This document shows positions 1 to 12,596 of a stretch of DNA of 64,000 bases, one piece after another. The stretch spans positions 1 through 64,000 of the forward strand of contig NIVC01003329.1 of assembly GCA_002269645.1 (NCBI GenBank), given 5' to 3'. Position 1 is the first letter of the stretch; each line of letters begins with the position of its first letter. Source of the stretch: Macrostomum lignano (Eukaryota). Under the pieces are notes generated by a model. It did not search any database. It had not been told where the DNA came from and was given only the letters and a program-made list of their open reading frames with translations. Made by a program: the position numbers and the translations under genes.

Positions 1-1779
1 CCAAATCTTTATATTGATGGTATTTCTTAGTTTCTTAATCATGTTCTACAAGCCAATTGTAGCCAAATTTGCATTGATGTTTGCAAATTAAACTATTTTG
101 TTGGAAATATATATATTGGATATATACCTAGGCAGTAGCAAATTCAGGAAATGGGCTTTGTTGGCTGAAGCCCCCTATTCACCCCAGAAAAGCTGTTTTT
201 GTAGGCGCACAAACCCCTAAAACATAAGGTCATTAAAAATGTCTATTTAAAAAAGTCATTTAGCATGTGGACTTTTCAAGTTAAGGTACTGGTTCTGCCA
301 CTGCATCTATCCTAGGTTTTATAGTAGAGAACTCATAGATGCAAAATTTATACAAGGTGCTAAGGTGGGGGCGGAGAAAATAAATATTCTGGGGGCGTTT
401 GGGTAGTTTCTAGAACTTTGAATTCTCACCTTCGTTAACTCGGCACTCATAAAGCTAGAAAGTTGCACAGATTTGTTCAAGTTGCTTTCTCCTTTGATAC
501 TCTATCTGCTGGGAACTGTTTACTATCAGTAGTAGAGTAGCACTGCTACTATTATAATATTGTATTATGGAATGTTGAGATCTCAGAGCTCATTCGGAGT
601 TGAGATTAATTCAGTTGTTTATGCCCATTGGCAAATAACTCAAGATAAACTATTAAGGTCTTCGATTAGTTAAGGAAGATAATTAATGAGCAGGCATTTA
701 TTAATATTACTAGTTCTGACCAACTAAAATATTATTATTTCAAATGAGCGAGACTGCTGGCGATGACAGGGTGCTAAATAGCTGTAGAACTGGGTAACTT
801 AAACTATTTAGCTTGCAAACAATGAACTTAGCAAAGAAACTTATTAAATGAAAACAGCAGAGTATACAAAAGAAAACTAGTAAATGAGCACACAAGGATT
901 ATTAATAAACAAGAAGGAAGAAGAGGGATGAGAGATGCATGAGGTGTGGCCTAAACTGGCACTATAAATATTAACAAGACAAAATTTTGCATTGAGTGGG
1001 GCAAGGGATGGGCAGCAGAAGGAGCTACTGGAAATGCAAAGAAGACAGAAAAACAAAAATTCTTACACCAAACAATGGGGCAAGGGATGGGGCAAAGGAT
1101 GGGGAAGGGCTGTTTGCAGGCCACATCAAATTGAGTCATAATCCATCAGCCAAAATCCATGGTAGTTTGCCCTACCACAGCGCGAAAAATTGCATACCCC
1201 CTATGCCAAACACTGCTTAGACTGAGAATTTCTAAAAATATTGGGCAATAGCTTAGGAGCAAGAACTCTTAGGCAAATGTGCATGAGCTCCTGCTTATTT
1301 TATTCATGTAGACCAGAATTGATACTAAAGTTTGATCAACTGCTCACTTTATTCATATAGCCTAAGCCTATTGTCTTAGATACAAATGGTGGTCTTAGAT
1401 AGACAGCTTTGTTTTTAACTAGACCCCTTAGTGTTCTCTCACACTAGTGTATATGTACATTTGTCTTAGTTTTTTCATTGTCATAAATTTTCTAATCTAG
1501 AGTAAGAAAAGATTGTATATAATATGCATAGATATTGCCAAAGCAAAAGCAAGATGAACTTGTTTAATTCTTTTTCTACTGTTGGTGTCCTATGTACCCC
1601 TTTACTTTTTTGGTGCTTTAGTCTTTTTTACCATATACTTGCTCTGGCTACCTTGTCACTAGCTAGATCAGCAAAGTTAGCTAATTATTGCATATGTAGG
1701 CCTATAACTTTCATTCATGATTTTCAGTCCATCGGGACTAAACTGATCAGCTGTGGTGCTGCATCAACAGACTCAGGCC

Positions 1780-4700
1780 ATGTCAAGCAGCGCTGAGCAA
1801 GAGAAGCAGCAGCTCATTGCCAGCATTCGCCAGCAGCTCCTGGCGCAGAGTAGCGAGGCCAGTGCAACTTTTATTGGGGAATTTTTCGCCAATCAGCGCA
1901 GCGCTTCGGGCTGGCGTCAGGCGCTGGCTGAGCTGTTCGCCAATGCTGACGAGGCGGCTGTCAGCGATCGACACTCGCTGCCGACTCTGCAGCTGCGGCT
2001 CAGCGAGGCTGCCGACTGCCTGGTGGTCGCCTGCGCCGAGGCTGCCGGGTTCACGTCGGCTGATGTGCGGGCCGTCTGCGCTCTGGGCAGCTCTGGGAAA
2101 CCGCCTGTCTGCGGACTCTGGAGAGGCTTCGGCTTCAGGTGAGGCTGGAATGCTAGCTTAGGTGAGGCTGGAATGGTAGCTCAGGTGAGGCTGGAATGCT
2201 AGCTTAGGTGAGGCTGGAATGCTAGCTCAGGTGAGGCTGGAATGCTAGCTTAGGTGAGGCTGGAATGGTAGCTTAGGTGAGGCTGGGATGCTAGCTTAGG
2301 TGAGGCTGGAATGGTAGCTTAGGTGAGGCTGGAATGTTAGCTCAAGTGAGGCTGGAATGCTAGCTCAGGTGAGGCTGGAATGCCAGCTCAGGTGAGGCTG
2401 GAATGCTAGCTCAGGTGAGGCTGGAATGCTAGCTCAGGTGTGGCTGGAATGTGATAACTTTGTTAAGCGAGGCAGAAGTGTGGAATTGCAGGAGTGAGTA
2501 AAAGGTGCTCGCTTGAGAGCTAGGCTGTTCACATTTATTATTTAGCACTGAGGTGGTGGGTGCAGACAGATTCAAACGCGCGCATGGGGTGGGGTGGAAT
2601 AAAATACAATCTCTAAGCCAATCAATAACAACTCCACTGCTAGTGAGTCAACACTACAGTGCATGCAACCTATAGCAAAGTTCATCGTGTCACTATGTCA
2701 CAGGAATGCTAGCTCAGGTGAGGCTGGAATGCTAGCTCAGTTGTGGCTGGAATGCTAGCTCAGGTGAGGCTGGAATGCTAGCTCAGGTGAGGCTGGAATG
2801 CCAGCTCAGGTGAGGCTGGAATGCTAGCTCAGGTGAGGCTGGAATGCCAGCTCAGGTGAGGCTGGGATCAGTGATAAAGCTCAATGATAGCTCAGGTGAA
2901 GCTTAGGTGAGTCTGGTGTCAGCGATGAGGCAGATAATCACCCTCACCCGCCTAGGTCAGTGCTGGAGGCGTCGCACTGCCCCGAGATTCACTCAAACGG
3001 GTTTCACTTTGGGTTTGAGTTGGACAGCCAGCAGCCGCTGTCCTGCCTGCTGCCCGTCTGGCTGGGCGTCTCCAGCCGATGGGGCCGACAGATCGGTGAC
3101 TTGGACGACTGCGGCGTCATCATAGTTCTGCCGTTGCGTCCGGAGGTGAGAGGGGGGACTGAGACTGCCACTTTTAATGCGTGTCCCGTTACCTTTAATT
3201 ATTTTGTGCCGAAGAATTCGACTCCTAAGGGCTACAGACTTTCCGTAAAAACTCACCGTTTAATGGTGTGAGCGTTTCATTAAGCTAATTATTAGCTAGA
3301 GATATATCGCAGTCAATTTTGCTATTTATTTAGGTAAAGTAGATAAATAATCGCAGGAGGGCTGTGAGCACCCTGGCGTAACGCCTTTGGCGACATTGTC
3401 CCACAACCAGCAGTGAGGCAATTCTTGATGCTGCCAATACAAGCGTGCGGATGCTGCACACAGACAGGCGCTCACACTGGAAGCCTTGGGGTTGTTAGCC
3501 CTTACAGGCGCGATATACGCGCGCATGCCAAAAGTCCCCCGGGTCTCCCCCAGAACGGGATTCGAACCCAAGGACTTTAGCGAATTGAAGATATGCGGGA
3601 CAAACTGCCAATAACGTTTGTGCTCCTGCTATTGAACAGCTAAAGTGTTGAACACCTGCTTGTTCACGCAGGTGCAGTCCGCCCTGCTGCACTCCGGCGG
3701 CCTCGCCTCCGCGGTAGACCCGCGTTGGTTGCTATGCGCCTCCCGTCTCCGCCGCCTGGTTGTCAAGGACGCCGCCGCCGGTGTCTATCAGTCGTACGAG
3801 CTCCGGTTGCTAAGCAACGGTTGTGAGGCCGTCATCGATCGGCGGACGCGTGATTTTTGTGACGTCGAATTGAAGCCGACCGGCAGCGAGCGCTGGGTTT
3901 TCTTTGACGGCGGCGCCGGCGACCTGCAGCTGGCGGTGCCGGCTGAACCGGAGGTGGTGGCCGCTGCGGACGGCGGCTTCTTTGTCGCCCCGTCGGCTGG
4001 GCTGCCGCTGCTGCGGGGCTGCGGCCTGCGGTTCCTGGCCTGCTCGCCCGCCGGCCTGCTGCGCGTGGACTCCGCCAGGTGAGCCGCTTGAGCTTGTATC
4101 AGAGCTCGGATGAGACGATGCCCGTTGAAAACGATACCGTGACAAGAATATAGTAACCCTTATAGAGTTGTAGAATCGTAAAAAGGGTGGCGAGAGTCGT
4201 CCTAACAATCGTTTTTTGGCGCTTAACTTTCTACTAACTCAGTAGGCTAGTAAGAGTGCTTTAAACCTCAAATACGACTCTACGGCCCTAGAGTCGTTTT
4301 ACCGTCGCCCAAGAGTCACCGCAGTGGCACCAGAGTCGTTTCAGAGTGATTCTTGGGCGACTCTTTGGCGACTTGTACCGTGACATCTCGTCGTTTTAGA
4401 GTTGTCTCTTACCTTTCCTATTTTACCTGTTATTTGCGACGACTCTCGGGCACTTCTTGGCCTAGGTACCGTTTTCCTCGGGATAATATTTAAATAAGGA
4501 CTTTAGTTATTCGTTACTCATTAAATTATTTAAAGGTTAAGGATGAGACTCTGGCCAATCAATAAGCAGCGCCAATTTATTCTCAGTCTCAGCTGTTAGA
4601 AATCCTGAAATTCGAGTCGAGACAAACAGGGGATGAAGGACTCTGGAAGACAGCGACCGCAACTGATGCTACTTATTTCTGAGTAGTATATAAAATAATA

Positions 4701-7700
4701 AAAAAATCGGGAACTTGTAAGCTAGGAAATGCTTATTTATTAATGAGATTCCAGCTCGCGATAGTCCAAGCTTCTGAAAGCCAGGGATCTAAGCTGATGC
4801 AAACATTCCACAATCTGCATGATCAAATGGCACCAGCTCCACCACAATGCCCCCCCCCCAACTCGCAGGCAGCAGCTGCTGGCCGCGTCGGTCAGCCAAG
4901 AGAACGCCGACCTGCTCACCGACCGGCTGCCGCGCCTGTTCGCCGGCCACGCCGCCGCTTGGTCGTTTGATGACCCGGACGCCTCCGCCCGGCTGGCCGC
5001 CTACATCGCCGCCATCCCCTGCGCCGGGAGCTGGCCGAGCCCGGCCTGGCAGCCGCCGTGCACCGCTTGCTGGCCCGCTCCGACTGGCTGCCCTCCGATG
5101 CCGGCCCGCCTGCCGGCCTACACCCGCCTTCCCGCCTGCTCTTCGACGTGCCCGACGCCGTCCGCGCAGCCGCGTCCGCCGGGCTGCGCCGCCACTTCCT
5201 GCCGGCTTGTCTCGAACGCAGCCCGGGCGGGTTCTCCGGCCAGCGGGGCCGCGAACTCGCGACCTGTCTCGGACTGCGCCAATTCCGACTGCAACTCTTG
5301 GCCGAGCCGCTGCTAGCCGATCTGCAGAATCGAGCTCCGGACCTCACCGCGGCGGATTTCGGCCTGCTCGGCCACCTCATTAACGAGCTGTGCTGCGAGT
5401 CCCAGCCAGCCAATGAGGCCGCGAACCCGGTAGAGCTGCTCTGTGGTCTGCCCTGCCTGCCCTGCCGTTGCCTTGGCGACCCGGACCAGCCGCTGCGCCT
5501 CCTTCAGCCCGACAGCGGCGCGACCCTTCTGTTGCCCGCAGCCAGCGAGCTGCCCTGCATGCGGCGGGCATTGGCGGCGCTTGAGTCGCATTTCCGGATA
5601 TTTGTGCTCTGTCCGGAGTTTCTGGCTGCCCAGTCCGGCCAGGCCGGTCACCGGCTGCGTCACTGCCTGGTGGAGCAGCTGGGCGTACTGGACAGCCGGG
5701 CTCTGCCAGAGTTCCTCACCGACAGCCTCATCCTGCCTGTCCTGCAGGCCCTGGCCGGCTCGTCTTGCTCAGAGGCATCTGGCCGCCAGCTCGCCCTGCT
5801 CACCAGCTGTCTCATGGAGGCCGCGTCTTCTGCTGGCCGGAGCCTGGCCAGCCGAGTCCCCCTGCTGACTGCGGACTCGCGAGCGCTGCTGCCCGCCGGC
5901 CGGCACCGCCTATTTTTTCCAGACTCGTTTGGCGCCTCGCCCCGCTCTACCTGCTGCTGGATGGAACCGCCAGCCCGCCGCCCGAGCTCGCCGACTGGCT
6001 GCCGCTGCACCCGACCGCCTACCTGCAGGCTGCATCCGCACCCGCCTCCGCCTGGCGCGAATTCTTTGCCAACAGCCTCGGCGTTGCCGCTGCGCCGACG
6101 TCTCAGGAGCTGCTTCGCCTGCTCGACGACGGCGTCTCTGTTAGGGCGCGTCGAGCCCTGCTGAAATTTCTGGCCGCCGACTGGCAAGCCGTGAAGGCCG
6201 GCTTACCGCAGGCGGAGCTCCCAGCGCTGCTGGCCCGCCTGCGGGAGGCTGCCTGGATTCCCGCCAGCTGCGTCTGCCGCACCGCCGACCCTGGCAGCCG
6301 CGGCGCCTTCCGGCCAGCCGAGGTGTTCGCGCCAAGCCGCCGGGCCCGTCAGCTGCTGGAGGGCACGCCGGCCGCGGTGCTGGAGGATCTCGACGGCCTC
6401 GGTGAGGACAACGGCGAAGCTTTCTATCGCGACGTTGGCATCGTGACGGACGCGCGCGATCCTGCAGCTCTGCGGCGCCTGCTGACCGGCTGCAGTGGGC
6501 TGCCGTTGGCGCGGCTCAGCAGGGCCGCCTCAGTCAGAATCTACCGCCTCCTGGCTGCCGACTGTCTCAGCGAAGAGAACCTGGGAGATGGCGTTGAGGC
6601 CACGGAGACTCCGATCCTGATGCCAGATGTGGCCGCAGTCACCTCCAGTGCCGCCGGGCCACCGAGTTGATGTGGTCGGACCTGATGCCCATGGAGCTGA
6701 AGTCCGCGCCCGGCTGGCCCGCCATGCGAGCCCAGCTGCAGCCCCACCACCTCAGTCTCTGCTACCCGCCTGAACTGCGCGACTTCTTCGTTGGCGTCTG
6801 CGGCGTTCGCGCTGGCCCGCCGCCCCTCAGCCAGCTGGTCGCCGTCCTCCTCCTGGCTGGCGAGCTTCGCAACTCCGACTTAGCCTGGCGCGCGATCGCC
6901 GCTTTTGCTGATGCGCCCGAAGCCGCCAACATCAACCAGCGGCTGCAGGCGCTCCGGCAGCTGCACAGCGGCGCCTTCCTGCCCTGCGTCGGCGGCGGCT
7001 TCTGTGCACTGCAGGACGCGCCGATTCTTTTGGCGCCAGCGCCAAAGTCGACGCGAATTTCGGGGATCGGGCATGACGACGCGGCGACTGCGGAGGAGGG
7101 CGCCCTGGCCTTGGCGGCCGCGTACCCCGGCCAGCTGCGCCTGGTGGACGCCAGCGAGCGCTGTGCCGGCGCCGCCCGCGCCTTGCAAGATTTCTTCAAG
7201 CTGCCACCGCCTGGCCGCGCCCTTGAGGTGGCGCCTATCGGCACGGCAGCGGCCTTGGCGCCGCCGCAGTGGCTGGTGAAGCAGGCAAACTCGGAGCTTG
7301 AGGCCGCCCTGACCTGGACCGCGGCCTCGCACCCGGTCGTGCATCGCGCTTTGTCGGCCGCTGGCTGCGTCCTGGGCCTGGCCGAGTTGCCCTGCCTGCA
7401 GCTGCGATTCCGTCTGCGCTCGCGGCCCGAGCTGGCCGTGGCCGCTCCAGTGTACGAGGCCCTGGCGGTCCCGGGCGGCGGGCAGCAGGTGCAGCTCTAC
7501 CAGGATAACGACGGTCCCGCTGAAGTGGTCGCCTTCGTCAGCTCGTCTGTGCAGAACCTGCGAGACCCTGCAGCGGTCGCTAGCATCTGCCGCCGTCTCG
7601 CGGCCCGAATGCTGGCACGTCTGGCCTCCCAGCGGGTCACCGGCTCCGCAGCGGTGTCCGCCGCTGAGTTGGACGATTTTCGGCGCCAGCTGATGCGCGC

Positions 7701-8309
7701 GAATTGGCCGAAGCTGGTGGCACCCGCGGACGGCTCTGTGGCGCCGTGCCGCGTCAGACTGGCCGCTGTGGGGGAGCGGGCGGAGCTCCGAGACACTGTG
7801 AGTGTGAGTGTCTGCTGTGAGTGTCTGCTGTGAGACTGAGTGTTTTCTGTTAGACTGAGTGTCTGCTGGGAAACTGAGTGTCTGCTGTGAGACTGTGAGT
7901 GTCTGCTATGAGACTGAGTGTCTGCTTTGAGACTGTGTCTTCTGTGAGACTGAGTGTCTTCTGTGAGACTGAGTGTCTGCTGGGAAACAGTGTCTGCTGT
8001 GAGACTGAGTCTGCTGGGAGACTGTGAGTGTCTGCTATGAGACTGAGTGTCTGCTTTGAGACCGTGAGTGTCTGCTTTGAGACTGTGAGTGTCTGCTTTG
8101 AGACTGTGAGTGTCTTCTGTGAGACTGAGTGTCTGCTGTGAGACTGTAAGTGTCTGCTGGGAGACTGTGAGTGTCTGCTCGGAGACCGAGTGTCTGCTGT
8201 GAGACTGAGACTGAGTGTCTGCTGGACATAGTTACTCTTACATATTTGTGTCTATTATTTGCAGATTCCAAGCAACAGCGCGCTGGACCCGAGAGTGGAG
8301 GCTTTCTGA
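1780..8309 (+). CDS. NO VEIN/sacsin-type GHKL (HSP90-like) ATPase-domain protein, 5 exons, about 1310 aa after correcting three -1 frameshifts
   Basis: Exons 1780-2138, 2956-3145, 3672-4078, 4869-7797 and 8265-8309, all with GT..AG boundaries and compatible phases. The spliced peptide reads ELFANADE...GFTSADVRAVCALGSSGK...GFGFR|SVLEASHCPEIHSNGFHF, resembling the NOV motif ELVQNADD...GFSAQNIRALCDVGNSTK...GIGFKSVF...PEIHSNGFH. A later segment YPPELRDFFVGVCGV also resembles NOV. Exon 4 is split over ORFs 4819/5058/5765/6667, each offset by -1 (near 5050, 5940 and 6660). The last exon is the least certain. Confidence 0.8.
2137..2905 (+). repeat. 23-bp minisatellite (AGGTGAGGCTGGAATGCTAGCTY) in intron 1 of the NOV-like gene, split by an LTR insertion
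   Basis: Tandem units at about 2137-2449 and 2703-2905; the first unit contains the real splice donor. Confidence 0.95.
2450..2702. mobile_element. Solo LTR (Ty3/Gypsy-like), 253 bp
   Basis: Termini TGTGATA...TGTCACA (TG..CA, imperfect inverted repeat). GGAA is duplicated on both sides (2446-2449 and 2703-2706), and there is an internal AATAAA near 2598. Confidence 0.75.
3340..3630 (-). mobile_element. tRNA-derived SINE, diverged relative of the 40772 and 60468 copies
   Basis: Minus-strand B-box GGTTCGAATCC at about 3558-3568. The 3' half (...GTTGTGGGACAATGTCGCC...CGCCAGGGTGCTCACAGCCCTCCTGC) resembles the 3' half of the other two SINE copies. Confidence 0.55.
4121..4482. mobile_element. Possible MITE in intron 3 of the NOV-like gene
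   Basis: Imperfect 18-bp TIRs CCCGTTGAAAACGATACC / GGTACCGTTTTCCTCGGG, with recurring GAGTCGT and CGACTC motifs inside. No TSD found. Confidence 0.4.
7798..8220 (+). repeat. Degenerate minisatellite (GTGAGTGTCTGCT..GAGACT) filling the last NOV-like intron
   Basis: Starts at the GTGAGT donor and continues as tandem variants. Confidence 0.9.
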
Positions 8310-8482
8310 CTCAAAGCGAGCTCTCAAGAACGTTAAATTGTTTTTCATGCGCTGTTGACAAACTGTTGTGGGCCTTTTGCTTTTTCTTTAAAGTTGTTTC
8401 TTTCTTTTTGAATAATCAAATTTTAATACGCGGCTCCTACAGCTGTCCAATTCGATTTCTTGAAACTGAAGCAATTCTAGTA

Positions 8483-9087
8483 GTGGAAACTAGCAGTGGA
8501 AACTAGCGGTGGAAACTAGCGGTGGAAACTAGCGGTGGAAACTAGCGGTGGAAACTAGCAGTGGAAACTAGCGGTGGAAACTAGCGGTGGAAACTAGCGG
8601 TGGAAACTAGCGGTGGAAACTAGCAGTGGAAACTAGCGGTGGAAACTAGCGGTGGAAACTAGCAGTGGAAACTAGCAGTGGAAACTGGCAGTGGAAACTA
8701 GCGGTGGAAACTAGCGGTGGAAACTAGCAGTGGAAACTAGCGGTGGAAACTAGCGGTGGAAACTAGCAGTGGAAACTAGCGGTGGAAACTAGCAGTGGAA
8801 ACTAGCAGTGGAAACTAGCGGTGGAAACTAGCAGTGGAAACTAGCAGTGGAAACTGGCAGTGGAAACTAGCGGTGGAAACTAGCGGTGGAAACTAGCGGT
8901 GGAAACTAGCGGTGGAAACTAGCGGTGGAAACTAGCAGTGGAAACTAGCGGTGGAAACTAGCGGTGGAAACTAGTGGTGGAAACTAGCGGTGGAAACTAG
9001 TGGTGGAAACTAGCGGTGGAAACTAGTGGTGGAAACTAGTGGTGGAAACTAGCAGTGGAAACCAGCAGTGGAAACCAGCCGTGGAAA
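8483..9087 (+). repeat. 13-bp minisatellite GTGGAAACTAGCR
   Basis: About 45 near-identical tandem units. Confidence 0.95.
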
Positions 9088-11293
9088 AGTAAATTTTAAA
9101 CTTGTTTTTTATAGCCTGTTTTCTTCCTTTTAAAGCATTTAGTTTTATAGCCATGATAAATTCATAATCTTCCAAGTTCGAAGTTATTTGATGTCCAAGA
9201 GAAATCAGTGTGTGCGTTATTTATTCAGACTTGCTAAGACCCGAATCTTGACGCCATTTGCGCTCAGCTTTTGAAAACCGGGATTCGGCCTTGCTACTCT
9301 ATATTTACCCTATTTTTATCAGTTCCTAGCGTATGCCAACTTTGCTTGTTTGTGATTCAAAGCTGCTACTGTGAGTAGTCTAAATATACTTCAGCGAGTT
9401 TTACTTAACGGCTTTGGTGGGATTCTTTAAGAAATAACCTATTTCAGTCAGTCTAATCTAAAAGCGACTTGCATTTTCTTTCCGTCTGAGTTAACTGGAA
9501 GCATTGACTCCACTTCTGGACAGCTGGACTGCAAATTCATTCGGTTTTTACGAATCGATCGATTAATCTAAATCTGAAGTCTGAACTGAATAGTGCAAGA
9601 ACTGTATAAATATCATAAACCTAGCCTAGTCTTGACTCTTTAGTAGAAAAGCAACCTTAGTATTAAGATTTGTGAAGCGGGTGTGTAAGTACGAAGTGAA
9701 ACTGAAAGACTAGCCAATAATGAGTGCACAGTCCACTCTGCGCATGCGCAAAGCAGACAGGGCTGCAAATTACTGGGCAGATGGATGGCAGCTGTTAAGC
9801 AGGACAGGCAACCACAGGAATTAGCGTGGAAAAGAAAGAAGGCAATGGCGGCATCTCGTTTTCATAGATCTGTCCTCTAGCAAGGGCTTGGCTTGGGGTA
9901 TCGGATGGGCTGAGAGGAAACTCGGGTCAGGGGTAGAGAAAATTCCAGCTGCGATGGTAAATAGAGAGAGTGTACATTGGTGTACACTCAGCACTGTACA
10001 TTGGAATCAGAGGAGGTGGGCCGGAGAGGGGAAAGAGAGGCTAGTCCCAGTATTATTGACTGGGGAAGGAAGGCCAGAGAACGGACCCCCGCTGTGAGCT
10101 ATCTGCCTCACCCTCCTGTGCTGTTGTACAAGCGGCCAGAAGGGAAGGAACCAATTGCATCGCGGGTCACACAGCAGGCCCCTCAGCCTCAAACCATTTC
10201 AGGCTATACTATACAGCTCGGGTTGCCCAGCCTTAGCCTCACCGTGCTATTGATTGATCAGGACCAGAGAGTTCTCTGTTTTCTCACTGCCTTGCCGTGT
10301 GCGCAGACTCAACTACTGAATTCATTTCCACTCTAGGGAGATTTGCTTCTTCAATAAAAGGCTCTGCTCTACCCCATACCAGTTGCAAAATTTCATTCAG
10401 CCCTACTTTTAGCGCTGCAATTTCTGCTAAGCTGCTTCTGCTACTTAACTGAGTGGAATTTATACGGTAAGACCTAGATATTAAAGTGCACTTTTCCGAT
10501 TTTATTCCGATTTCCGATTTCCGATTCCGATTTCCGATCGGATGATAGGTGGTCTCAAATGTGGCGACTTTCATGCGATGGGCCGCACTGATGGAGCTGC
10601 AGGTGCAATATTATATAATCTGAGCTGAGGGTTGAGATCCAAGAAGACTTAGAGATGCAGCTGCTAAATTCAAAGGATGCTGATCAGCTCTGCAGCCTCT
10701 GCTCAGCTCAGCCCGGCCGGCGCAAAGGATTTCCATAAACTGGGATTTTCTTCCCAGCCTATCTAATCTATAGCCAATATATTGAACTGCATGCAGTCGG
10801 TCAGAGCAGAGGCTCCGGGAATCAGCTCTGCTCGTGGTCAGCTAAGGGCAGGACTAACACTAAGCAAGCAAGAGCTGGGAGGAGGGTGCAACCGAACTCC
10901 GTGTCCTTGACTTGCTGACTTGCTTGGGTGTTCATTTCTAGCTAGTTGATTTGTATCGAATGCTCGAATTTGCACCTTACAGTAGCAAAACATTCGTTCG
11001 TATCTCATTTCTAGTGCAAAGTAAACGACCTAAGCTAAATGTAATTCAAATTGGCGCCGAACTATTTTAACGACAAAGCCACATTTTGGCGTTTCAGTAG
11101 CCTAAAAGACTCTTAATCTGCATTCAAAATGACGTCGCAAATTTTAAAACACGAATTGCTTATTTTACGACGTTTTTGATTTGTGTTCTGATTTTTTATT
11201 TAATTTAGCTTTTTAGACGAGCGTTTTCAAACTCGAAATATATCTGTTACTCTTCGCTCCATTCTCCTTTGTCACGTGACCTTCAGCATCAAC

Positions 11294-12236
11294 ATGTCCG
11301 GCCGCAAGATCCTGATCCCCTTGGACGGCTCCCAGCACGCCGAGGCTGCCTACCAGTGGTACCTGGACAACATCCGCCGGGACGGCGACTCGCTGGTGAT
11401 CGCGCACATCCTGGAGCCGCCATCCCTGCCGTCCTTCTCGCTGAAGAGCGGCTTCAACGTGCCGACTGAGGAATGGCGCAACATCATTCTGGAGAGCGGC
11501 AAGAAGGCCAAGGCTCTGGAGGAGGACGTCTCCGTCCGGGCGATGCAGACTCACCTGAAGGTGCCGGAATCCGGGACTTCGGGATCCGGGACTTCGGGAA
11601 TCCGGGACTTCGGGAATCCGGGACTTCGGGAATCCGGGATTTTGGGAATCCGGGACTTCTGAAATTCAGGACTTCAGGAATCCGGGACTTCTGGAATCCG
11701 GGATTTTGGGAATCCGGGACTTCTGGAATTCAGGACTTTAGGAATCCGGGACTTCTGGAATCCGCGACTTCTGGAATCCGGGATTTCAGGAATCCAGGAC
11801 TTGGGAATCTGGGACTTTTGAAACTCGAGTCTTTAGGAATCAAGGACTTCCGGAACCTAGATTTAAGGATCCGGGACTCGGAATTCCGGGATCTGGGACT
11901 CGACATTCCGGGATCTGAGAATCAGGGCATTCTGGAATCACAGGATCTGGGATTCGGGGTCTCAAAATCCCTCACCCTGCCACCCCTCAGATGGAGTTCA
12001 TCGCCGAGACTAGCAAGCGGCCGGGCGAGACCCTGGTGGACATCGCCTGGCGCACCGGCTGCAACATGGTTGTCATGGGAACGCGCGGTCTCGGCGACGT
12101 GAAGCGCGCTTTCCTGGGCTCGGTGTCGGACTACGTGCTGCACAACAGCCGCCTGGCTGTCACCATTGTGCCCGTGAAGCGTTGCGACAGCCAGGGCGAA
12201 CGGCGCCCGAGCCAGACCGGCGGCGCCGATGCCTGA
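11294..12236 (+). CDS. Universal stress protein (UspA family), 2 exons, 170 aa
   Basis: Exons 11294-11560 and 11991-12236 (AAG|GTGCCG ... CCTCAG|ATG). N-terminal RKILIPLDGSQHAEAAYQW and C-terminal VVMGTRGLGDVKRAFLGSVSDYVLHN, which carries the ATP-binding G-2x-G-9x-GS motif. Confidence 0.93.
11566..11945 (+). repeat. Degenerate 15-bp minisatellite GGAATCCGGGACTTC in the USP intron
   Basis: Tandem units begin 5 nt after the donor. Confidence 0.9.
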
Positions 12237-12596
12237 GCTGTGAATTCGGCGGGGACGCCCGACCTGCACTTCTACAAGTGACCAACAGCACTGATGTAGC
12301 ATAGCCCATAATACTGCGTTATCAAGTAAACCTGAGTGACTTATTAGGCCTGCACTTGAGTCTTTTTATTGTCGCTACTCACTCAGCTATAGGCTACTTC
12401 TTCTCTACTGCAACCGCAATAACCCGTGTTTTATTTAGAACTGCTTCTCTCAACTCTTGTTAGAAAGCTATTAATGACAATGTTATAATTATTACCAATG
12501 TGCTTAGTTTGCACACCTGCAACTGCTGCAAGTCCCCTGTGCTGCAGCTTCACTCACCCACCAGCCTTGTAGGGACGAATTAGCCTGATCCGGTCT

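Noticed and set aside
1-1720. AT-rich start of the window and its short ORFs
   Set aside because: I found no recognisable motifs, termini or exon-like composition.
4869-7797. NOV-like gene as a pseudogene, or programmed frameshifting (three -1 shifts)
   Set aside because: All three shifts fall in or next to short G/C runs, there are no in-frame stops otherwise, and the splice sites are intact. Similar single indels hit the CYP, two-TM and coiled-coil ORFs, so long-read assembly error is the simpler explanation. Short reads or RNA-seq would settle it.
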